A stretch of 64,000 nucleotides of DNA, from NCBI GenBank assembly GCA_053919585.1, contig CM132809.1. One strand, 5' to 3'. Source of the stretch: Euprymna scolopes (taxonomy: Eukaryota). The notes under the pieces were generated by a model that made no database searches, was not told the origin of the DNA, and saw only the letters and a program-made list of their open reading frames with translations. Shown here in pieces: positions 25,202-37,191 of this stretch; within the stretch, counting starts at the first letter, position 1; every line of letters begins with the position of its first letter. The translations under genes were made by a program, and so were the position numbers.

Positions 25202-28200
25202 CCCCTTATTTTTTATAATGAGTAATCCCGTTGCATGATTCTGCTCAAAAAATAAATATATATTTTTATATTCAATTATGCATAAAAAATTAAAAATCAT
25301 TTGGATCTTAAACTTTTAGCGTGTAAGAAGACGCCATTTTTTATTGTGTTCAAATGTCAAACATAGATATATGTGTGTACAGAAAAGAGAAATGAAAGAA
25401 AATGGAATTTATTTTTAACTTAAAAGGGTATGGGCATGTACAAAAAGAAGGCATTTCTTAAATTCGATAATGAAGTTTGGTTCAAAAATGCATGCATATA
25501 AATAAATATGCATATAAATAAACATGCATGCGACATTTACCCATTTAAAAAGAGAGTTTTATTATTTGTTAATTAAAACAATGCAAATAATAGGACATAT
25601 TTTGATGAATAAACAACAAAACTAATATGCACAGACCCGTGAAAAATTACTCAGTCGAATTCTCCAACAAGTTTTGAAGCAAAACGCTTTAACTTTATTC
25701 TTGTTAGGTGTTTCTTTAATACATCAGCGATATTTCGGTCTGATGATATGTAATTCAAAATAGTGGAGTCTTTTCACCTCGGTTTTATGAACTGGTATTT
25801 AATATATATATGCTTGGATATTTGTTTGATTATCGTGTTCTTGTCTAAGACTATACTGGCTTGATCATCACAATAAATTACTACGGGGATTTTTGTTAAT
25901 TTTCGCCTTAAATATTTTTTTAGAATATTTTTTTAAGGTACATTGCTTTGTGGGTCGTGTGTGTGATCGCGACAAATTCTGTTTCACACGTAGATATATA
26001 TACAATCTGTTGCTTTTGAGATTTCTATGAAATAATAGTCCCATTTTCTGATAGTCTGAAACTATATCCAGATATACTTCGATCTTTGTCGGTTTCCTAA
26101 ACTGAATCTGAAAATCCTTCTAATTTTAGGGGATTTTTTAAAATACTAACCTCTGTTATTTAGTTATTTTAAAATAACGAAGGACCTGTTTAGTTCTGTT
26201 TAAATCCTTCATTGTCGGTCTTGATAATGTTTGTGACAGCTTTGCTACTGTATAGAATAGGTCGGGTCTCGTCGCAGTCATTAAATATACAAGACTTCCT
26301 ATGATGTGTCGGTATAAGATATCGTCTATTATTTCTGATTTTATGCGTATATTTTATTAATATCATATTCGACCAGTGTAGAGCGTTTCTTTTAATCTCA
26401 CATTCCAGATTTTAATAGTATTTTGTCAATGTATCTCGATTGATTCATCGTAATAATATTTTCCTTTTGAATAAATTCTATCCCGAAAAACCAGGATATT
26501 TTGCCAAGATCGGTCATTTAAAATCTTTTACTTAATTTGTTCTTAACATCGGCCAATCAGAATTTAATGCGATTAAATTATCACCCACCCATGAGACCAA
26601 AATCAGTAGTTTATTGTATTTGTGTTAGGTATATAAGCCGGGTCTGCAGCTCATTGTTTAAATTGTTGTTTAATCATATAATCATTAATACTTCAATCCA
26701 ACACTGACCACTCTGCTTTAGACCGTACAATGAATTGTTTAGTCGCCACAGGCTATTTTATTTTTACTTATACACCCCTCTGGAGGGGGAATATAAATTT
26801 TACAGTCTATTAGGACACTCAAATAAATATTTTCCACGTCCATTTGATGGATGTTTAGGTTATATTGCGATACGATTTGCAATAAATTCTGATTGTCGTA
26901 AGGGTTGTGGTCGGTGAAAACGTAGAAAAATATTCTATACCGTAAATCTGAGAGGATATTTTAGCAACAAATCTAGCTTTGTACTGTTCAACGCCTGATG
27001 CTTTAGTCTTTTTTGTAAAGACCCATCTTGTAGAAATACCACGTTTTCTTTTAGGAGAGGTACTACCATTTAGGTATTATTTTCTGTCAAAACATCTATT
27101 TCTTATTTTATTTTCCATTCATCAAAATGTTCTTAATTAATTGCTTCGTTTATGTTTCTCTGGAAAAAAGTACTAAATTCGCTGGATTGTTTTTATCGTA
27201 TCCAACAAATATACCTCTATCGATTTTAATGTTTAATTTACTCTTTGTATCTATATATGCGAAACAAGTTGAAGCAAATACATGCATCCGGCTTAAATTT
27301 GGTTTTCTACCGCAAAAAGCTTCATATGGGGTTTTACCTAGTGTTTTGTTAAAGCACCTGTTATGGCAGCCGCCATAATTGCGTACGCCCAGAAGCTTTT
27401 GGGGAGTTTTGATTCAATGAGTAGACATCTTTCCATTTCAAAAATGTTCACCATACTCTTAGCGCAGTCCCGTTTTGGTGTGTCGATCTAGCGGCTGATT
27501 TGTCATGCTTGATACGATGGTAATTAGTAAAATTTCAAAGTCTGTATTAGTGAAATCCGTACCATTGTCAGAGCGAATACACTTTACTTCACCGTAAGGA
27601 GCCATGCCGGCTAAATAATTTTATTTGTTAACATTGTATCAGATTTGTTTTTTTAACAGTAAACCATTATTAAACCTGAATGGGCATCTACGAAATTCAA
27701 TACATATCTATAATGTTCTCTGGTTATCGATTCCACAGGACCGTTCAAGTCACGATGCACCAAAGAAAGGATTTTCTCAGCCTTCTTCTCAGGTATCTTG
27801 TTTTTATAGTTTGTCATTTTTTCCCTGTGTAGAGAAAGGTTTAATATTTATGGAGCACGTTTTTTATGTTTATATTGTCATTCCATTAACTACAGTCGGC
27901 AACTTTGTGATATCAGGAATATTGCAGTATCCAAGTATTTTAAGCCATTTCTCTAAATCATGGCAGGTGGATCGGACTACGCTATTTAAATAATAGAGTT
28001 TTCATTTTCTTTAATGTCGAATACAGTTCCATTCGTGTACACAGGTTTTGATTTATTGGAGCTAAAGTTTATAGATTCATTTTGTTTAATGGCGTCTTGT
28101 ACAGAAATATATTTTGTTTAAATTTCGGGATTAGAAGAGCGTTTTCCAGAATACAGAAACATAGTAATTTTTTATTACCGAGATTTTAGCATCACCTCCT

Positions 28201-29163
28201 TTCAAAACGATATCATTTACTCGACTGCCGTCTGCAAGTTCTACAAAATAATTTTGTGGCTTAAAGTTGGGATCCAAATTGATATAATCAGATTCCTTTG
28301 TAATCACATGTGCCGTTTCACCACAATCGACAAGAAAATTATTATTGTTTGTGGAAGCGTTAAACGTGCATAAAAATAAGAATGCGTGTTCACTAACGGA
28401 GCTCAACCCATTTTTAATGGAGTCTCACTTTAGAGTCCTGTATCTACATTGGACACTCTTGTGATTAGGTCGTCAACAATTATAGCAAATGATTGTTGTA
28501 CTTTTCTTAAGCGAAAAATTGTTTTTGGCAACGTTGCAATTTTTTATTCCCGGCATGGGTATAATTCAATTTTGGTGTTTTTAAGTGGGCATTTTTAAAT
28601 CTTATGATATTTGTAGATTCGTTTTTTTTTTTGCGTCCATTTTTTTCAGTTTCCTCGTAATGGGCTTTTCTTTCTGGATTATCACGATGGTAAATGGCTT
28701 AAAGTCACACGGTAACCTCTTGAGGAACATGAAAATTAACATACTATCGCTAATAACTTCACCATACATTTTTAAACAATTTGCAATCGTGCAAGCTCTT
28801 ATAATATAATCTGTAATGGTTTCGACTTGCATTTATTTTAGAGAGGTCAGTTTAGTATATAAATAAATAATTTTGGAATTTCCTTTCGATAAATAATGCT
28901 CTCTTAATATGTTAACTACTTTGCAGCCATCGTCAGAAGCTTCTCTCATTACCAGTGATAGGCTTCGATCATCTAAGCACTGTATTAATTCTGCAAAGAG
29001 TTGCGTTCTTTTTAATGAAGCCGTGGTTGTTTCTGTTTGCAGGTTGTGTTTGAAGTACTTTGTGTAGCTTTTGAATTCGTAGATATCCTAGAAGTTCGAC
29101 TAGCCACAATTCGTATTTTGATTAGTATCCATCGAAACAAAGACGCACGCTGAGCCCAGCACC

Positions 29164-29487
29164 TTTAGAAATGTAAGCCATGTTTAGCTTTAGAAAGTTT
29201 CCGATTGTTCCTTGTTATACACACGTCGTGGGAGGTGACTGATTCGCAGTAGACAGTTTTTGAGTTAGCTTCCACAGAGCAAAAGATTCTTCCCGTGTTG
29301 GCACGAAAAAAACATATGCGAAATTCCTACAGAAAGGTGTAATATTTATGGAGCAGTTCTGGTTTCAGATTGGTTGGGAGCTGAACGTGAATTTAATCGA
29401 TTCGTTAGTTCCTTGCAGCTTCGTTTATAAATAGAATCTCCCGACTCTGCGGGACCATACCTTATTACATTAAAAAACATTGTAGCA
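29164..29487 (-). repeat. Copia 5' LTR
   Basis: Diverged direct repeat of 24876-25201, adjacent to the PBS-like motif. Confidence 0.88.
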
Positions 29488-29897
29488 GATGTACAGCGCG
29501 AACAACTCCCCAGTTACTTCGTGATTATAACCAACATCTAAAAAGTATAAATAAATGTGTAACTTCTGTTCGATGTCCACGAGTCTCGCTAGTGTATTAT
29601 TATAGAATCAATCATATGTTCTATATTACGATGGAAATACTTTGACCGGTGAACTAAATGGAAAAAAGGAATCTATAATGACCATGTAGTTCACTAAATT
29701 CCAACTGTGTTTTTTTTTTTTTACAATATTACGTCAGCTATTATTTGGGATCGACGATGAATGCCTTAGAAAATTCGCTTCTGATTAATGTTTAATTTTA
29801 AAATATGCAATCGAAGAAATGATTTGTGACGATTTTAAATGGTACTAATTTCTTCATAGTAATTTAAACTGGTTAATAAAAAATAAATAAAGTATAA

Positions 29898-30266
29898 TTT
29901 AGGGTACAACAGCGCTTCCACATGGGGTCATTCGATCTGTAGTCGAACGCTCTTCCTATACGCTATAGCTCCAGATTATAAGAAGCTTTGAAAATGAGAA
30001 AGTATTAACTTTGATGTTAACATCTCTCTCTGGTCCATAAAATATTCCCCTGTAATCTTATGTATCTATAGCAATGAAAAGCTTTTTTTTAAGATCGGAT
30101 TTTTTTCGGGTTGTCTATATACACCGGATTAATTTCTTAACTAAACATATTTAAGAACTGCCAGACATATAAATTAGCTTTCGGTAAAATTTGTAGAGGA
30201 TTGCCTCAGCTGTTTTGAAACCCATGGGGTAGGAACTCACACACGTAATGTGACTTTTATATTATA

Positions 30267-30271
<5 letters not shown>
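29898..30271 (-). mobile_element. Possible short non-autonomous Helitron
   Basis: Minus strand begins A|TCTATTATAATATAAAAG (Helitron-like TC 5' end) beside (GATA)n. The 3' hairpin and CTRR end are only vestigial. Confidence 0.3.
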
Positions 30272-30297
<26 letters not shown>

Positions 30298-30714
30298 GAT
30301 AGACAAGGTGCATTTGGAATAATTAATTTAATACCTACAACCACAACTGTTTCATGCTTTTGAAATCATGCATTTGTCAATACTGATGTCCAACAAAGTT
30401 CGATCTCCTTTACCTATTAGACACCGTAAACTGCCAACAGGATCAATGAAAAATTAACATTTATTAAGCCAAATATAGACATAACTTTATTAAGACGATA
30501 TATAGAGCATGCGCGACCAAAAATCGAGTTGTCGCACAAATCGAATGCTAAACTTTCAAGAACATACAAATAAATTAATTATCAACTGTAAGCAATTGAG
30601 CCTATACTAACACACATTATTCTTTCGCAATCATCATTGCCGAGAGTGATGATTACAGCTGATCAGAGGATACGAACCATGCTCATATTGAATATGTGAG
30701 CAGCACAATGTTCG

Positions 30715-30845
30715 TTTACATTACACTTAAATTTCTGCATGTCAGTACAGTTAGGGGAGCAGAAACCCGGAAGGGTATTTACAAGTTTAACAGTCTTAGT
30801 GAAGAAACTGCTGGAGTAGAAAGCATCCTAACGTCTAAAGGTTTG
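30715..30845 (-). mobile_element. CR1 3' fragment, same family as 14890-17165
   Basis: ttctgcatgtcagtacagttaggggagcagaaacccggaagg matches about 14982-15024. Confidence 0.8.
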
Positions 30846-31874
30846 TAAACAGATTGAAAAAGTTGCAAAAATACAATAAAACACCAAACGATAAGTTTTG
30901 TATATACATTTTCCCCAAATTGATCAAAGCTTATTGATCATAAAATGTTTCAAGCACATAGAATAAACTTTATTTTGAATCTTGGGAAAGTAAATGTTCC
31001 AATTCAAATTTTGTATAAAATATGTGATTGTTGAAAATTATAAAAAAACACGCTCGTTTCCTACTACTAACCCTGAGTTTCGGTGGCACTACTAAAAATA
31101 AAGAAATTATATGTGATTTAATTGCTTAGCTGATGTCGGCGAAAAAGTAACCTCTGTTTGTGAAAACTGCCCAATTGAGAATTAAGGAATGAATGTTCTG
31201 ACTGATTTTCGACATTTGTCCTCCAAGACATCGTGCTTGAAAACGATACCGATCTGGTTAGGATCCATTGTGTATGTCAAAAATCTTTAGCAGACATACA
31301 AAGATAAACACACATTCTTCCTTTTATATATACACATATAGCTGAATCGAAAAGAGAAAAGAGTTCTTAGGATCGTGTATGTAATAGTTAGATATGGTTG
31401 GTGTAATAACAGAATTTGCGGAACGTGTAAGATTTGTATCAGAGACAAATGGTAGCAGTGGTAGAAATAAATATTTAGAGAGAAAAATCAGGACTCGTTT
31501 CTCTAAAGATGATATTTGATTTTGATGGCGTTTCTCTTTGGATGCACGGTCGCATTTTATTATCACGATTGCATGTGTTTAAAATGGTGTTCGAAAGCTA
31601 CATAAGATAGTGAATATTAGTATAGATGCATTGCATTTTTATGTGGCATCTGTTGTTGTTGCAAACTTACAAAAAGTATATATATATATAAATATAATTA
31701 TTTTTTTACTATAATAATTAATTAAATACCTATAGACACTAGTNNNNNNNNNNNNNNNNNNNNNNNNNNNNNNNNNNNNNNNNNNNNNNNNNNNNNNNNN
31801 NNNNNNNNNNNNNNNNNNNNNNNNNNNNNNNNNNNNNNNNNNNNNNNNNNNNNNNNNNNNNNNNNNNNNNNNNN

Positions 31875-33253
31875 AACGGTCCAATAGATATCATATTTAG
31901 TCAATAGAATCTCATAATATTTGTCCAAATCGAAGGTTATTATGTAGTACTATATGCATTGAAAACCGCTCTTTCCGATGCAACATTTTATTTCTAAAAA
32001 ATTGAATACTAAAGAAATAACAAAATATTTTTTTTAATTAGTGTGTTCAAAATTATTGGCACACTTTTTTTTATTTTCATCTATTACCAATTTCATGTTT
32101 TACATGGTTTCGTTAGTTTTTTATAGCGTTGCCATGCTTATTAAATGGTAATGTTTAAACCTTTCTTTTTCAGATAATTTTTAGAAAGGGTTTGGTTTGA
32201 ATTAATTTAAGCTAAGGAATTGTCGTTATGTTTTAATCTAAGGAACACAGCGAAGACCTCAGGAAGCGTGTAATTGCGTGTCATTCCAAAGGGGAGGGCT
32301 ATGATAAGATTTCTTAGAAGCTAAACCTTCCAAAATTCACTGTTCGAGCCATTGTAAAGAAGTTCAAATCACAAGGTCACGTTATGAATTTGGAAGTTTG
32401 GGGAGTGTTCGACGTGTCAACAAAACAGAAGCTCTGAAGTGAAAATGTCTCGACCCACACTTGGTTGAGTTTTGAAGAGAGCTGGTTTGAATGCATGTCG
32501 CCCGAGGAAGACTCCCTTACTGAAAAATGTGCATCTGAAAGCAAGGCTAGAGTCGCAAAGCGCCATGTCGATAAAGATGCTGTCTTCTGGAAACATGAAA
32601 CATTGTTCGACGAAACGAAATTTGAGTTATTCAGCCATAATAGTGTTTCATCTGTTTACAGGAAATCTGGCGAAGCCTTCTTGCCTAAGAGCACCATACG
32701 AACTGTGAAGCAAGGCGGAGGCAGTTAAGTTAAAGTCATTGACATCATGAAAAAGAAGGAGTATGTTAAAATCATGAATAAAAACCTAAAGGACTCTGCT
32801 AGAGAGCTGTCACTTAGTCGAGGTTTGTGCTTCATGCAAGATAATGGCCGAAATCATTCGCCGAATCTGATTAAGAAATGGCTTGAGGACAACAATATAA
32901 ATGTTTTGGAATGGGCATCTAATGGCCCGGACGTAAATCCACTTTAAAATTTGTGGAGGATTTTAAAATTGATGGCAATGGAGATGAAGTCTTAGAATTT
33001 CGCACAGTTGCAGGATTATTCTCGGAAGGAATTAGCTGAATTTACTGCTGAAGAATGTTAGTGGAAAACTATAATAAACGACTACGAGATGTAATTAAGG
33101 CTAAAGGTCATACAATCGATCGTTAGAATTACGGTGCAAATAATTTATTAACAAGGGAATTCTGCAATGCGTTTGTAATTTCTTAATTATTCATTTTTTG
33201 AAATTCGATATTTTAGTTGACACGAGCAGTTAATATATATATATATATATACA

Positions 33254-33304
<51 letters not shown>

Positions 33305-33396
33305 CTTTATGATTTCCTTTGATTTGACCCTTTTCTGAAGGATATTATAGACAAAATGAGGTTTTTATAAGGCCGTGCCATTAAATATGAGTATGA

Positions 33397-33398
<2 letters not shown>
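31875..33398 (+). mobile_element. Tc1/mariner DNA transposon with long IR-DR-type inverted repeats; left end probably in the N gap
   Basis: attattggcac (32052-32062) is mirrored by gtgcaaataat (about 33134) and gtgccattaaat (about 33375). About 31895-32030 aligns loosely with the reverse complement of about 33165-33360. Confidence 0.8.
32228..33125 (+). pseudogene. Tc1-family (Sleeping Beauty-like) transposase pseudogene
   Basis: M..SKEHSEDLRKRVIACHSKGEGYDKIS HTH region, RPRKTPLL, FDETKFELF, TVKQGGGS, FMQDNGRNHS, WASNGPDVNPL*NLW; stops and deletions. Confidence 0.9.
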
Positions 33399-33417
<19 letters not shown>

Positions 33418-33427
<10 letters not shown>

Positions 33428-35331
33428 CACAGTGATCACCACTTATCAAGGCCCGGAAGCCACTCAGGGATAAGGGTTATTGCAAGTACATCACGTTAGT
33501 GAGGAGATTTTATGAAGTGTTTAATTAGGGGGGCGGTTCATTAGGAATTTGTTAACATTAGACCTGAAGACATCTAAGTTGTAGTCCGGAGGGAAGCAGG
33601 CAGACGGAACAGAGTTCCACAGGCGTGCAGTTCTAAGAAAGAAGCTTTGCTCATGAAATCCGCGTTTTGATTTAGGCACAGATATAGAGTGGGGGAAATT
33701 TTTCACAGTGGATTCAGCTAGACGGGTGTTTTTCGTGAAAGTTTGGCGAGGGGGGACCAGGGATTGGAGTTCAGACGAGCACCTGCCATGAAAATAACGA
33801 TAAAACAAGGATAGGCTCGCAACGTCTCTTCTGTGGGAGAGGGGTTGCAGGGTAGAGAAAAGGGCATCCCCCACTAAACCACGAAGTCTATTTTGTACTC
33901 TGTCAAGGCATGATAGGCTGTTTTTGGCAGCTCCTGCCCAGATATGGCAACAGTATTCCATCCTTGGCCGTACTTGGCTTTTATATAGATAGAGAATTGC
34001 ATCAGTAGTGAGATATCTTCTGGAGCGGTAGAAGGATCCCACCATCTTTCCTGCGACCTTGGCAACAGACTTGATGTACGTTTTCCATTTCAGATCAGGA
34101 GTAAAGGTCAAACCCAGAAGCTTGTCAAAACACGGGGCCTCACCCAGACGAGAGCCATCCATCATAATTGATGCCAGCTGGGGATCAGAGCGTTGATGAT
34201 GTAAGGATAGGAGTTTGGTTTTAGATGCATTAAAGGTAACTAGCCACATCTTCCCCCACTGAACCACGAACTCGAGATCAGAGGAGAGAGAATCCGAGAG
34301 AACTTCGTCATTTACAGCCTTTGATGTGTTGCCGTAGATGGTCGTGTCATCAGCATAGATGTCAATGAATGATTTAAGTATGTGTTTAGGGAGGTCATTG
34401 ATGTACATCAGGAAGAGAGTTGGGCCGAGGATTGACCCCTGAGGGATTCCAGCATTTATATTGCAGGCCTCCGATTTTTGTCCATCTACCACTACTCTTA
34501 TGAGCCTATCGGACAGAAATGATTTAATGATTGAGAAAACATTTCCAGTTATACCGTAGCTGGAAATCTTGTGAAGTAGACCCTTATGCCATACTTTGTC
34601 AAAGGCCTTTGATATGTCAAGAGCAATTGCCCTAGAAAGGAAGCCTTTGTCAAGAGATTCACTAATCCTGTGGGATATAACCGTCAGCACATCTGCGGTA
34701 GATCTTGCAGAGCGGAAACCATATTGTGTGTCACTAAGAAGGTTGTTTCTGCTGAGGTGGTTGACTATTTCTCTATTTAATATTGATTCCAGTAACTTAC
34801 TCATAACACAGAGAAGACTTATTGGTCTGTATTGAGAGGGAGATGACTTATCACCTGAATTCTTTAATACAGGGCAAACTGATGAGGTCTTCCAGGGGGT
34901 CGGAAAGCACTTCTCCTTAAGGCAGCGCTTAAATAGTTTCGTAAGTATGGGAGCAAGTTCTGGTTGAAGCTTTTTTAACACTATAATTGGGATGCTATCA
35001 GGGCCAGTTGCTTTACTGGAATCTAGGTTTTTTATTAGCTTGGCGACCTCATGCACGGATATTTGTATATTACCTAGCTTGTTCTGTGTTATAGGAGGAA
35101 ATATGGGGAGTTGATGGCCTTCGTCGCATAGGGTAGAATTAGCTGCAAAGTTCTTTGCAAATAGTTTGGCCTTGTCTGACGCTGACGAGATAACCTCTGG
35201 TCCATTGATAATGGTTGGGATAGAACGCACACTTCTGTTCAGGATCCTATTTGTTATTTGCCAAAACTGGTGGGAACCAAGCCGCTGATCAGCTACCTTG
35301 GATTTAACAGACTGAGCATATAGCTCTCTTG

Positions 35332-35335
<4 letters not shown>
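33418..35335 (-). mobile_element. Young 5'-truncated CR1 LINE with (TA)n on both sides
   Basis: Poly(A) at 33418-33426, then 3' UTR and an uninterrupted ORF2 portion. The frame stays open upstream to the (TA)n at about 35336. Confidence 0.95.
33521..35230 (-). CDS. CR1 ORF2 reverse transcriptase portion (569 aa, no endonuclease domain)
   Basis: ATGPD, YRPISLL, QYGFR, LDISKAFDKVWH, GIPQGSILGPTLF, YADD, LLGLTF, RPRMEYCCHIW. Confidence 0.92.
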   Translation of the reverse strand: MRSIPTIINGPEVISSASDKAKLFAKNFAANSTLCDEGHQLPIFPPITQNKLGNIQISVHEVAKLIKNLDSSKATGPDSIPIIVLKKLQPELAPILTKLFKRCLKEKCFPTPWKTSSVCPVLKNSGDKSSPSQYRPISLLCVMSKLLESILNREIVNHLSRNNLLSDTQYGFRSARSTADVLTVISHRISESLDKGFLSRAIALDISKAFDKVWHKGLLHKISSYGITGNVFSIIKSFLSDRLIRVVVDGQKSEACNINAGIPQGSILGPTLFLMYINDLPKHILKSFIDIYADDTTIYGNTSKAVNDEVLSDSLSSDLEFVVQWGKMWLVTFNASKTKLLSLHHQRSDPQLASIMMDGSRLGEAPCFDKLLGLTFTPDLKWKTYIKSVAKVAGKMVGSFYRSRRYLTTDAILYLYKSQVRPRMEYCCHIWAGAAKNSLSCLDRVQNRLRGLVGDALFSTLQPLSHRRDVASLSLFYRYFHGRCSSELQSLVPPRQTFTKNTRLAESTVKNFPHSISVPKSKRGFHEQSFFLRTARLWNSVPSACFPPDYNLDVFRSNVNKFLMNRPPN

Positions 35336-35367
<32 letters not shown>

Positions 35368-35370
<3 letters not shown>

Positions 35371-35683
35371 CGCATATTTTATTTAAGAGGATCTTCATTC
35401 TTCTTTTTCTGATCTTTCTTTCGAATTTTTCTTGTTTTCGTACAAGTATTTTTGTTGTGGGATCCAAAGTTCTTATAAAGTTCCCTAGTTTACCGAACAT
35501 TTTCGGTCTCGATTGACCATCATTAGGGTTGTTCTTCCTGTGCATCCTACTTATTGATTGATTTGTTATCTATTTTTATTACTAATTTATTATGTGTAGT
35601 TTCGCCTAATTTGAATTTTTCCTTTCTCTTCACCTTTATCGTGTTAGAATAGGTGTATATTATAGGCTTTACTATATAGCAAG

Positions 35684-35686
<3 letters not shown>
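35368..35686 (-). mobile_element. Solo PLE pseudo-LTR with hammerhead motif and start of ORF, flanked by (TA)n
   Basis: MFGKLGNFIRTLDPTTKILVRKQEKFERKI...ILLNKIC resembles Penelope-type ORF N-termini and starts inside a hammerhead motif. Confidence 0.7.
35492..35530 (-). ncRNA. Minimal type I hammerhead motif (core CUAAUGA)
   Basis: acc-CTAATGA-t-ggtc aatcga gacc-GAAA-atgt-TC-ggt; G5 substituted. Confidence 0.6.
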
Positions 35687-35720
<34 letters not shown>

Positions 35721-36003
35721 CCTTGTTATATAGTAAAGCTTTGATACAATAAANNNNNNNNNNNNNNNNNNNNNNNNNNNNNNNNNNNNNNNNNNNNNNN
35801 NNNNNNNNNNNNNNNNNNNNNNNNNNNNNNNNNNNNNNNNNNNNNNNNNNNNNNNNNNNNNNNNNNNNNNNNNNNNNNNNNNNNAGACATAAACTGATAC
35901 TTTAACAGTAATCCCTTTGTTTATTGGCGAAATGCCTTAGTAAATCAATGAAAGGCTATATCGATTCTCAAGGGTGCTCGAGCTGTAAAAACTGAGCTGA
36001 AAC

Positions 36004-36058
<55 letters not shown>

Positions 36059-37128
36059 TGTGTGTGTATGTGTGTGTGTGTGTCTATGCACGGGTGTGGA
36101 TTTATTTGCTTCCCCACTGATCAAATTAGGCACAAGGCCGCTTTTTAATGTGGAGAGAGAGGGGGAAGGGGTACCAGCACTTGAGAGGTGGGAAATGTAC
36201 CTGTGTGTAGATGTATTCTTATGGGTTTGAGCTCTCATACGGAAAATGGTATAGGAATTGCTTATCAGAAAAAAAAGTTGAAACTTTCTGGAAATTGACG
36301 ATTGTTTTGTAGAATTTACACCAGTATGTTACTCAGGTTATGCTATTCAAGAGATGCTCGATGGTTTAATTCCAATCTCTTCTTGCGAGACACGCTTGTT
36401 GGTGCGACCGTATATAAGTGATACATCGAAGCAGTATNNNNNNNNNNNNNNNNNNNNNNNNNNNNNNNNNNNNNNNNNNNNNNNNNNNNNNNNNNNNNNN
36501 NNNNNNNNNNNNNNNNNNNNNNNNNNNNNNNNNNNNNNNNNNNNNNNNNNNNNNNNNNNNNNNNNNNNNTTCTGGGAACAATACATTTAGTTAAGTTTGT
36601 TTGTACGAAAGATCATAAAGGTAATGATGAACTATTTTACTTTCTGTACAAAGATTGATTGACGGATATTTTTTATTAAGTGTAAGCACTCTTATGTAAA
36701 CTTTCGTGACTTTACTTTTGTCACGCACGATCTCACTTATTATCAATTTACTTCTCATTTTTCTCTCATTCTTTCAATCTGTAACTTTTTCGATTTTAAC
36801 CGTCTCTTACTTTTTCGATTCGCTGTGTATATGCATACAATCGCACACATGCGGACACACACACACACCCATATATATATATATATGGGTGTGTGTATGT
36901 GTGGGTGTTTGTGTGCGTGTGTATGTGTGTGTGCTTATCTGTTCAGTTGTTGCCTCTCTCTTTCTTACCGATTTCTCAATTCAGACTCAAGAGACATTGG
37001 GCACACCTAAAAGGTAGTTCTGTGTTGCAATTTTGACGCAAAAGTTAAACCAGACCTCCATTGAATTAGCAATGCCTGGAGAGACTGGGGATTGAATAGA
37101 AACAATTACAAGATAAGCGGAGAGCACG

Positions 37129-37191
37129 TGCAGCACAGGGAATTGCCAAATGGTCACCAATTTTAGTACTGAGCAGGCCTAACTTGGCTTA
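37129..37191 (-). mobile_element. 5S rRNA-derived head (SINE3-like remnant or 5S pseudogene fragment)
   Basis: TAAGCCAAGTTAGGCCTGCTCAGTACTAAAATTGGTGACCATTTGGCAATTCCCTGTGCTGCA aligns ungapped to the 3' half of animal 5S rRNA (about 43/63 by hand against a remembered sequence); 5' part cut off by (TA)n. Confidence 0.65.

Larger units (their letters stand above)
24876..29487 (-). mobile_element. Ty1/Copia LTR retrotransposon, degraded, both LTRs present
   Basis: Direct repeats about 24876-25201 and 29164-29487; polypurine tract next to 25201; PBS-like ggtgctgggctcag (cf. copia GGTTATGGGCCCAG). Gag (LIQCLDDRSLSLVMREASDDG), Zn knuckle, protease LVDCGETAHVI, integrase IRSDNGTDF...HQNG, RT YKARFVAK / SLYGLKQSG / TRPDL, in PR-INT-RT order. 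Flanks aatgc/gatgt may be a decayed 5-bp TSD. Confidence 0.92.
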
